A stretch of 55,877 nucleotides of DNA from a virus (taxonomy: Duplodnaviria; Caudoviricetes), in IMG/VR virus record IMGVR_UViG_3300031669_000035, positions 1-55,877 of that record. One strand, given 5' to 3'. A model generated the notes under the pieces. It was not told the DNA's origin, ran no database searches, and worked only from the letters and a program-made list of their open reading frames with translations. A program made the position numbers and the translations under genes. Each line of letters opens with the position of its first letter. Position 1 is the stretch's first letter. Below, piece by piece: positions 21,834 to 28,898 of the stretch.

Positions 21834-22127
21834 ATAAGGAGAATGTTACTATACTTCGCATTCTCCTTATCGAGACTAAGCTGCTAAACCAACCGGAGCT
21901 GGAGCAAGAATTTCTCTGAATAAATTAATTACTTTTCCTTTTACGGAACATAAGTCACTTTCATGCTTTCGCTTTGTTTACCGTCATCCTGCTATCAAAT
22001 CCAAGTCATCCCCGTTTGTTTAAAAAATGCAAAAGAAGTGTGCTTCATTGAGAGGCATCCTTTGCTGGCGTGGAGATGGAGGGGTTCGAACCCTCGTGTA
22101 TACATTCTGCCAATAAACAGACTTACT
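21834..22127 (-). ncRNA. ssrA: circularly permuted (two-piece) tmRNA
   Basis: Acceptor piece ~22127-22071 (T-arm GAGGG-TTCGAAC-CCCTC, then CATCTCCA) precedes a 57-nt intervening segment and the coding piece starting GGGGATGACTTGGATTTGA at 22013. Acceptor stem has G3-U70. Tag GKVINLFREILAPAPVGLAA* at 21938-21876. 12-bp 3' hairpin at 21870-21834. Confidence 0.9.
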
Positions 22128-22130
22128 CAG

Positions 22131-22138
22131 CAAATCTA
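22131..22138 (-). promoter_or_regulatory. sigma70 -7 box (TAGATTTG) for the tmRNA
   Basis: TAnnTTTG immediately upstream of the acceptor piece. Confidence 0.7.
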
Positions 22139-22154
22139 CAAAAAGTTTTTCAAT

Positions 22155-22184
22155 AAAAAAAGCCTTGATAAATTCAAGGCTTTT
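22155..22184 (-). terminator. intrinsic terminator (possibly bidirectional)
   Basis: AAAAGCCTTGA...TCAAGGCTTTT with T tracts on both strands. Confidence 0.75.
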
Positions 22185-22209
22185 ATAATTTTTAAGATTT
22201 TTTTATCTA

Positions 22210-22470
22210 CTAAGGGATAACAGTAGAAATCAATGCAACTAAAGCATCAAAATCAGTGTTTCTATCTGATTCATTAGCGTATACCCACTTTAAATCTTTA
22301 GGAGCAGTTCCTGCGGCGTATGTGATAGTTATTTCATATCTCGTAGCTGTAGCGTTAGCTCTTGGTGGAATATCAAGCTTGTTGAAGTTAATAATAGATT
22401 CAGCATTAATTGGCTGTACAGTACCTATAGCTCTTGTGCTATGTACCATTGGTTTTGCAAGTGCACTCAT
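22210..22470 (-). CDS. small hypothetical protein, 86 aa
   Basis: Own promoter and terminator; codon bias like the capsid gene. Confidence 0.7.
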   Translation of the reverse strand: MSALAKPMVHSTRAIGTVQPINAESIINFNKLDIPPRANATATRYEITITYAAGTAPKDLKWVYANESDRNTDFDALVALISTVIP

Positions 22471-22507
22471 TTTTTTTATTTTTTAAGTTAATGTAAATTA
22501 CAGGATT

Positions 22508-22555
22508 CAAATATATGAAAAAAAATTTGTTATATAAAAAAGTTTATTATATTTG
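22508..22555. promoter_or_regulatory. divergent sigma70 promoters
   Basis: TATATTTG on minus (22508-22515); TTTG-N18-TATATTTG on plus (22526-22555). Confidence 0.7.
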
Positions 22556-22664
22556 TCATCGTAAAAGAGAGATTGTCATGGGTTTCTCGTTGTTTAAAAG
22601 GTATTCGTGTTTGCTTGATTTCATTAATGCCTTTTAAACAACACACTTTTTTTAAATCAAGTAT

Positions 22665-23516
22665 ATGACCTACTCAGTACATTCAAACTACCACATCATT
22701 AACTACTTATCAGATCGAAATCTTATTCGCACTTATGCTTATTTTCTAAAGTTTAAGTACGTGTTTAGTTCTTCACGACTACATAATGGTAATAAAGCAA
22801 AGCTTTCTCGTATTACTGGAGTATCTGAAAAGAATGTCCGAATCCAAATCGGAAAAATGAGGGAATTGGGATGGGTAAAAGAAATTGATGGGGATTATAT
22901 CTTTATTTCAAAGAATGAAATGTATGGTTTATATGATTTAGACCTTAAAAAAAGAACTTTCAAGTGTAAAATATTAACAAGCAGTGATGATAGTATTAAG
23001 AATATTATAACAAAGCTATCATCTAAGCTTATAGAGTGGAATATCAAAAAGCAGCAAAACTGCATAAATCTGAAGGAAAAGTACGTCCGTTACTTAATTA
23101 ATAGCAGGGTCAGCGAATCTGATGATGCTGAAAAGGGTCCTCATGTAAAGAGGAAACCTATTAGCAAAAAGGAAAAAGCTCGTCTCAGAAGCCTACGCAA
23201 GTCACATCGCATGGGTTTTGTAAGTGAACAGAAAACAACTTCTTTATCTTCTTATGGATTCTCAAGAGTCCTAAATGTTAGTTTAAGTACTGCTAATAGA
23301 CTTAAAAGTCAAATGATATCCCTTAACCTTATTTCAGCACAAAGTCGATACAGAAGCAAGGATATCTCTTATGGAGCAATACAGCGAATGTCGGTTTTGA
23401 GATCTCAAGGTTTGGCTCCTGTAAATAAATTCTGTAAAAACATGAAAATGTTCACTCGAATTTCGGATGCCATCTCTATTAACTATAATAATAACTATAG
23501 CTTAAAGAATATTTAA
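22665..23516 (+). CDS. basic protein with two winged-HTH-like segments; putative replication initiator, 283 aa
   Basis: KAKLSRITGVSEKNVRIQIGKMRELGWV and SYGFSRVLNVSLSTANRLKSQMISLNLI. Confidence 0.45.
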   Translation: MTYSVHSNYHIINYLSDRNLIRTYAYFLKFKYVFSSSRLHNGNKAKLSRITGVSEKNVRIQIGKMRELGWVKEIDGDYIFISKNEMYGLYDLDLKKRTFKCKILTSSDDSIKNIITKLSSKLIEWNIKKQQNCINLKEKYVRYLINSRVSESDDAEKGPHVKRKPISKKEKARLRSLRKSHRMGFVSEQKTTSLSSYGFSRVLNVSLSTANRLKSQMISLNLISAQSRYRSKDISYGAIQRMSVLRSQGLAPVNKFCKNMKMFTRISDAISINYNNNYSLKNI

Positions 23517-23589
23517 AGATAGTAGTTCCCATTTTTTACCGTATTAATAAAAAAATCACTAAAAAGATTGTTTTTAAGATAAAATAATC

Positions 23590-23597
23590 TATATTTG
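23590..23597 (+). promoter_or_regulatory. sigma70 -7 box (TATATTTG)
   Basis: Upstream of the 23625 ORF, with TTG about 19 nt before. Confidence 0.65.
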
Positions 23598-23624
23598 CTT
23601 AAATAATTTTAAAAAACAGAAGAT

Positions 23625-24188
23625 ATGACATTAATAAAATTTGAATTTAAAAATTCTAAATCATTAAAGATTTACCCTAAAAGCAGAAGAGTATCTGTTA
23701 AAAATGCTATTACAGCATCTGAAGCTGACGCATTAAAAGCACTTAGAGAGTCAGAAAAAGAGTTAAAACATGTTATGGGTGTTGCTAACATGGGAATCGA
23801 AAAGATAGACCAGATGATCAGAAGAGATGTAGACGATGGTCTACATTTAAGAGTTGAATTATTTATTCCTGAATATCTTGGGTTTAAATTTATAGCTGAC
23901 CAGGATAAAGATGGGGCTTCTATTCACATATATAGCAAGGATGGTTATAACATATCGAGAATAGATGATACAGAATATCTTGTGCTTTGCCCTAACAGAC
24001 AAAAGCCTGTTGTCAGAATAAGAAACATGTACGAGGCTATCATGATCCTATCAGCTCTTGGTATGGATTTAAATTTTATTGATTTTATGGCCGGAGAATA
24101 TACGAAGGAAAAAACTCTTGATGAGATCGCTAAAGATGTTATCGGTGAGGTTATTGAAAACAGAAAAAAAGCACTTCCAAATGAGTAG
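23625..24188 (+). CDS. hypothetical protein, 187 aa
   Basis: ORF with promoter. Confidence 0.7.
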   Translation: MTLIKFEFKNSKSLKIYPKSRRVSVKNAITASEADALKALRESEKELKHVMGVANMGIEKIDQMIRRDVDDGLHLRVELFIPEYLGFKFIADQDKDGASIHIYSKDGYNISRIDDTEYLVLCPNRQKPVVRIRNMYEAIMILSALGMDLNFIDFMAGEYTKEKTLDEIAKDVIGEVIENRKKALPNE

Positions 24189-24441
24189 GGTTATTTTATG
24201 GGTATTGTTATCAATACTTGAAGCGGCAGGGCTTGTTTTAGCTGCAAATTACTATATAGAGATAAGAGATGTAAAAGAGGACTACCTTGTAAAGGAGGTG
24301 GTCCTATCTCGAAAGATTTCTTACAAGCGTTTTGAATACGCAAGAGACTTAGAAGCTATATGTGACAGCTCAAAAACAAGCAAAGACAGAAAAGAAGCTT
24401 ATCATATAAGGAATGCTAACTACGATAATTTACAGCAATAG
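24181..24441 (+). CDS. small membrane protein, 86 aa
   Basis: Start moved to ATG 24181 (MSRVILWVLLSILEAAGLVLA, hydrophobic). Confidence 0.55.
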   Translation: MSRVILWVLLSILEAAGLVLAANYYIEIRDVKEDYLVKEVVLSRKISYKRFEYARDLEAICDSSKTSKDRKEAYHIRNANYDNLQQ

Positions 24442-24493
24442 GATTTAGAATTGCATTAATAATAATATTGTAATGAACTAAAATAAATAACGT

Positions 24494-24688
24494 ATGAAAA
24501 AAGAAATAGAAAAAGCAATTAGAGAAACATTAGTTGTGGATAACAAACAAAGCATTCATATAGCAGTAGAAAAAATATGGAATTTATTTAATGTTAGCAA
24601 CTGTTCTTGTATAAGTAGAGACACTTTAACTCCTGAAGCAAGAAAAATGTTTGATGATATTGATAAAGCATTAGAAAGAAAAAAATAG
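24494..24688 (+). CDS. hypothetical protein reading through a cassette junction, 64 aa
   Basis: GTTA junction at 24593 falls in the ...NVSNC... codons. Confidence 0.6.
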   Translation: MKKEIEKAIRETLVVDNKQSIHIAVEKIWNLFNVSNCSCISRDTLTPEARKMFDDIDKALERKK

Positions 24689-24752
24689 TTGCTAACGGTA
24701 AATCTATAATGCGTTTTAATGCATTTATAGATAATGTTATAATTCGTTTATT

Positions 24753-24914
24753 ATGAAGATAAATAAAGAAATAAGAAAAAAGGCTATTAAAAGAATGATA
24801 GCGAGGTATGAGAAACTTCAATCAGAAGCAAACCCTTACGGTTTTAATGCTGATGATGGAATGAAATACTACTACTTAATTGATTATTGGGAGGATAGGT
24901 TAAATGAATTATAA
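24753..24914 (+). CDS. cassette-borne small protein, 53 aa (MKINKEIRKK...DRLNEL)
   Basis: Below the track cutoff; flanked by GTTATAATTCGTTTA / TAAATGAATTATAAC; its stop is the TAA of TAAC. Confidence 0.65.
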   Translation: MKINKEIRKKAIKRMIARYEKLQSEANPYGFNADDGMKYYYLIDYWEDRLNEL

Positions 24915-24966
24915 CGTACAGGTATAGGGTTAGTTTTTAGGTGATTTAATAACGAAAATAAACAAT

Positions 24967-25182
24967 ATGAAAGTAGTAGAAGAATTTGAATACGAAGGAT
25001 GGATGAGCCAAGAAGCACAGAAGTTTTTTGAAGGTAAATTGATTAGAGAAGAACGCGATGGATGTGCGATAGTTGGAAGTTTTGTTAAGCTGGCAAACGG
25101 AAATACTCATTTACCTTCAAAAAGTGATAAGTTTAAAAAATACGAAAATGGTAGTATAACGGTAACTTCAATTTACCGATAA
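24967..25182 (+). CDS. small protein inside an attC-like hairpin, 71 aa
   Basis: Lies between the arms at 24912-24941 and 25189-25214. Confidence 0.7.
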   Translation: MKVVEEFEYEGWMSQEAQKFFEGKLIREERDGCAIVGSFVKLANGNTHLPSKSDKFKKYENGSITVTSIYR

Positions 25183-25270
25183 TGTTAGCCTAAAATTAAC
25201 TATATACCGTGTTAGCAAATCGTTTTAATGTTTGCTAACAACCGAATAAACACAACTAAACTAAACTAAA

Positions 25271-25588
25271 ATGAGTAAAGATATAAAAGAAATAATACAA
25301 GAGGATATAGATGAAATTTGCACATTTGGGCATTATTCAGTCGCAACAGCATACAACACTTTAATATCAGCAAGAGATAAGATTAAAGAACTACAAAAAG
25401 AGGTTGAGAGGTTAGAAGATAATGAAGTTATATTAGCTGATGAAGTTATAAGGTTAGAACAAGAAAACACTAAGTTAAAAGAACAAGTAAAGGAGTTGAA
25501 AGGTGATAGTGATTTAGCCTATAATCTTTTAAATGAAGAAATGCGAAAAAAGATGTTCCCTAATGGAAGGAAAAAATTTAGCTTGTAA
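25271..25588 (+). CDS. coiled-coil hypothetical protein, 105 aa
   Basis: ORF with heptad pattern. Confidence 0.65.
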   Translation: MSKDIKEIIQEDIDEICTFGHYSVATAYNTLISARDKIKELQKEVERLEDNEVILADEVIRLEQENTKLKEQVKELKGDSDLAYNLLNEEMRKKMFPNGRKKFSL

Positions 25589-25607
25589 TTAACCAAATAA
25601 ACAAACA

Positions 25608-25988
25608 ATGAAAGCAGAAGAAACAGAAGAATACTACTTAGTATCAGAAAACACACTGAAGCATATATCTCCTTCAGAGAAATCAAAATGTATAAATCGA
25701 TATGGTGATCAGGTATGCATTGTAAAGATAGACTTTAAGCAGTTTAAAGACATCGAGGATTCGATGAATGAAGATGATATGCTATATGGTAATATATGGG
25801 CCAGAGAGATCACAGACTGCAATGTAAGCACCGATATGATATCTATAGCAGACTGCCAAGAGAATGGCCTCTTCGAGATGATAATGCTGCATATCGGAGC
25901 GTCTACAGAAAATAATGTTTCTGCTGTTATCGGTGGAATATCTAAAGACTTAGGTGTTACACCTATTGAATTATTTAACAAATTATAG
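25608..25988 (+). CDS. hypothetical protein, 126 aa
   Basis: ORF in operon. Confidence 0.65.
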   Translation: MKAEETEEYYLVSENTLKHISPSEKSKCINRYGDQVCIVKIDFKQFKDIEDSMNEDDMLYGNIWAREITDCNVSTDMISIADCQENGLFEMIMLHIGASTENNVSAVIGGISKDLGVTPIELFNKL

Positions 25989-25991
25989 ATT

Positions 25992-26420
25992 ATGGAAATA
26001 TTAAAATTAGTCTCACTCGTATTAGGAGTGTTAATAATAACAGGATCAGCATTAACGCTTTTTGTTTTAACTTTAATAAAGCTTCACAACATGCTGCATA
26101 GAGATTTTGGGTTCTACAGGAGAGCTTTTGGTCTTTTTGTAAGTTTTCCAATATCAATATTAAGAGTATTGTTTTATAAAAAAAGAAAAGCAATAATAAC
26201 TTATGGTGGATGGATTCAGCTTGGATATGACAAGAATGACTTGATAGAGTATAGGTTAATAGGAAAGCTTATTAAACGTAAGGCGAGGATAAAAGATTTC
26301 TTAGAATATGCTGAAGCTGTAAATTACATGGAACAAAACAAGAGCAATACTATATTCTGTGAGGATTACGCATACAGAAAAGGACTTAGCATAACAATAG
26401 AAGAATATAAAAATAAATAA
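25992..26420 (+). CDS. membrane protein, 142 aa
   Basis: Two N-terminal hydrophobic segments. Confidence 0.6.
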   Translation: MEILKLVSLVLGVLIITGSALTLFVLTLIKLHNMLHRDFGFYRRAFGLFVSFPISILRVLFYKKRKAIITYGGWIQLGYDKNDLIEYRLIGKLIKRKARIKDFLEYAEAVNYMEQNKSNTIFCEDYAYRKGLSITIEEYKNK

Positions 26421-26449
26421 CAATTATAAACCCTTAAAATCAAAAAAAG

Positions 26450-26710
26450 ATGAGTAAGATCAAAACAAAATTCAAATGTAATCAAGTAAGCTTATTTGAG
26501 CATGGAGAAGTAGTAGAGTTAGAAGTAGTAACTCATGGTGCTAAAGAGAATAAATCTCTATCAGACCTTCATGCAAGTGGTAAATTACAGATTAGAATAG
26601 ATAAAAGCGGAAGTGCTGCAAACTATTTTTCACCTGGAGAAGAATACTTCTTAGAGTTCTCAAACGCTCCTAAAACAGTAGTTCCTCCGAAAGATGTGAA
26701 TGTGAATTAA
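26450..26710 (+). CDS. small phage protein, 86 aa
   Basis: KFKC...ENK...SGKLQI.ID...F.PG.EY.L.F pattern. Confidence 0.65.
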   Translation: MSKIKTKFKCNQVSLFEHGEVVELEVVTHGAKENKSLSDLHASGKLQIRIDKSGSAANYFSPGEEYFLEFSNAPKTVVPPKDVNVN

Positions 26711-26712
26711 AC

Positions 26713-26744
26713 AAAAAAGCCTCACCTAACAAATGGGGCTTTTT
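26713..26744 (+). terminator. intrinsic terminator
   Basis: AAAAAGCCTCA...TGGGGCTTTTT. Confidence 0.7.
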
Positions 26745-26770
26745 ATATAAAACACAAAAATACATTTATC

Positions 26771-26803
26771 CGACTACAAACGACTACAAACGACTACATT
26801 CGG
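26771..26803 (+). repeat. 3x 10-bp tandem repeat CGACTACA(AA/TT)
   Basis: Read directly; AAACGACTACATTCGG recurs at 28118-28133. Confidence 0.85.
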
Positions 26804-26854
26804 ATAATTTAGTGTTTATACGGTGAAGAAAGTAGACTAAATACCTAACAATCA

Positions 26855-27208
26855 ATGGATAAAGCAAAATATAAAATCCCAATATACGGAGGGATAGCAC
26901 ATTTCATATTTTTCTCAAAAGAAGAAATAGAAGAGGTAAAGAAAAAATACCAAGTAAGCAAAATCGAAGAATATGACGCTGTTACGCTATACTACGACAG
27001 AAGCTCAAAATGGATAATACTATTCCATAAAGACAGAATAACACCAGGAATAATAGCCCATGAAGCTAAACACCTCTTAAACCTAATATTCCAATACAAC
27101 GGACTAAGACTCGACTTAGATAACGATGAAGCCGAATGCTACTTCCTCGGATGGTTAGTAAATAGAATACATGAAGCAGTAAGGAGATTCAACATAACCA
27201 TTAAATAA
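26855..27208 (+). CDS. HExxH (zincin-like) phage protein, 117 aa
   Basis: IIAHEAKH...DEAECY. Confidence 0.6.
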   Translation: MDKAKYKIPIYGGIAHFIFFSKEEIEEVKKKYQVSKIEEYDAVTLYYDRSSKWIILFHKDRITPGIIAHEAKHLLNLIFQYNGLRLDLDNDEAECYFLGWLVNRIHEAVRRFNITIK

Positions 27209-27212
27209 CAAC

Positions 27213-27404
27213 TCACCTTCTCACAACAAGCAAATCATACCCCATATAAACCAAACTCTTATACGCCACACTATAAGGAATCCTAATCTCACCATTCAAA
27301 TATAAATTCATAGACCTCCTCGATACACCAACACTATTTGCAAGCTCATTCTGAGAAATCTTCTTCTCCTTCCTAATCTCATTTATAACCTTCAATACAT
27401 CCAT
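27213..27404 (-). CDS. XRE/Cro-family HTH regulator, 63 aa
   Basis: IRKEKKISQNELANSVGVSRRSMNLYLNG; TACATTTG promoter at 27423-27430 (minus). Confidence 0.85.
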   Translation of the reverse strand: MDVLKVINEIRKEKKISQNELANSVGVSRRSMNLYLNGEIRIPYSVAYKSLVYMGYDLLVVRR

Positions 27405-27978
27405 AATAAATATTTTTTACCCCAAATGTAATCATTCTTTTGCCAACTACGTCGCAACATGGGAATATATGTTACCATAATAAAACCCATACACCCCAAA
27501 AATCAGGTCATATTTTCACAAATCAGCAACCATACCCCTACCCTCTTTAAAAAAGAACCCCAGAACACAGATCATAAGTGTAGGGTAGGTCCAATAATAT
27601 AGAAACCATACCATAAACACCTACAGCACTGAACTGTACTTCTTAGGCTTAAAACACTACTGCTTACACTTAAAACACTACGTATCACAGCTAAAAGACC
27701 ACGCCTTAGGCTTGCAAAGACTATTTGTACTTGTGGGACTTTAAACCTCCCAAAGCCACCCCTCCCCCTTAATGAATCGGAAACCCAAACAAGAAGAGAC
27801 AGAACCGAAGCCCCTTTTTAATAGTTTGTTTGTGTTGTGTTGTATATGTTGTGTTGTCTTCCTTTGTTTTGTGTTGGTCCGCTCCTTGTCTCTTATTGCT
27901 TTTTTTCTACATGGTAGTATTATTTTATAGCGTTGGAGTGGGGGAGGGGCTCAATGTTTATAAGGGCTTAAGATTTCT

Positions 27979-28006
27979 ATTTAACATAATGTAAATTATA
28001 AGACAG
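27979..28006 (-). other. dif-like XerC/XerD recombination site
   Basis: Minus strand CTGTCTTATAA-TTTACA-TTATGTTAAAT: 11-6-11 layout; right arm identical to the E. coli XerD arm. Confidence 0.8.
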
Positions 28007-28258
28007 TTCAAAGGGTTTTTTGAGGGTCCTTTTTGTTTTGAGCTGTATTAATAAAGAAAGTTTATTTATTTATACTTCATAAACTAATTACATTTAGCAC
28101 TTTCGTTAACCGTTTGTAAACGACTACATTCGGCTTTGACCCTGCTACCACTGGCTTTGAGCTTTAAAGCGAGAAAAAATCTTATTTAGAATAATTCTAA
28201 ATTACGCATATTTGTTAATTTATTTCTGTTTTATAGTTCAAAATCAAAATATCATGTA

Positions 28259-28266
28259 TATATTTG
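28259..28266 (+). promoter_or_regulatory. putative early promoter -7 box (TATATTTG)
   Basis: Upstream of the long early leader. Confidence 0.55.
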
Positions 28267-28514
28267 CTAAGTCTTGAGGATGTAACGACAACCAAATAAG
28301 ACTCTTTATTGTTCTTTGAATTCCTGTACTATTACTTTAGAGTCTTTTGAGGCTTGCACGTTTAACACTGTTAATATATACGTGTTGTGTATTGCTTCCT
28401 TTAGTTAGTAGATAGATTATAATAGTCATTATGTTACGCTTTGCAGTATGTTTAACTATTCTATTAAAGCCTATTGTTATTCTCTTTATATGTAATAGTA
28501 TTTGAATTTAGAAC

Positions 28515-28870
28515 AACCGCCCGAAAGGAGCAAAAAAACAGTTCTTTGCTTCTTGTCCCTTTAGCTAATGCATAACGCTATAAAGATGAATTAACCACCA
28601 AAGGGGGTGAGGCTAACAAGCGAAGAAATTCGAGAGCAGAAACTTTTAAACAGGGTTATAATGTAGCTTGTTAGGTTGTTTAACACTCAACAAAACCACG
28701 TTTAAAACGTCGGTAAAAGTGTTTAATGGTAATGAATTTACCAAAACGGGGAACAAATAAACCGTTTTAAAATAATGACTAAATGAAGTTAACTATTTAG
28801 TTTAAAAAAGCGGTTAACGCCCCTTTGTTACTATTGTGTAATTAATCCGAGCGAAACGGACAAAGGGAGC
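28515..28870 (+). ncRNA. putative structured leader/ncRNA
   Basis: ORF-free, many hairpins, closed by AACCGC 28515 / GCGGTT 28810. Confidence 0.4.
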
Positions 28871-28898
28871 TAAAATTATTAATTAAAACTTTACAGCA

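Larger units (their letters stand above)
24585..25256 (+). mobile_element. attC-like gene-cassette array 1
   Basis: Alternating junctions GTTA 24593 / TAAC 24693 / GTTA 24736 / TAAC 24912 / GTTA 25211 / TAAC 25236, each segment bounded by its own inverted repeat. Confidence 0.75.

Noticed and set aside
21963-22486. Plus-strand ORFs 21963-22220 and 22256-22486
   Set aside because: Antisense to the tmRNA and to the 86-aa gene.
24839-24850. GGTTTTAATG near-match to the cassette loop
   Set aside because: Inside a coding sequence with no flanking arms; likely chance.
26771-26803. Possible CRISPR array
   Set aside because: 10-bp tandem units without spacers and no cas operon; the Cas4-like gene is a common standalone phage nuclease.
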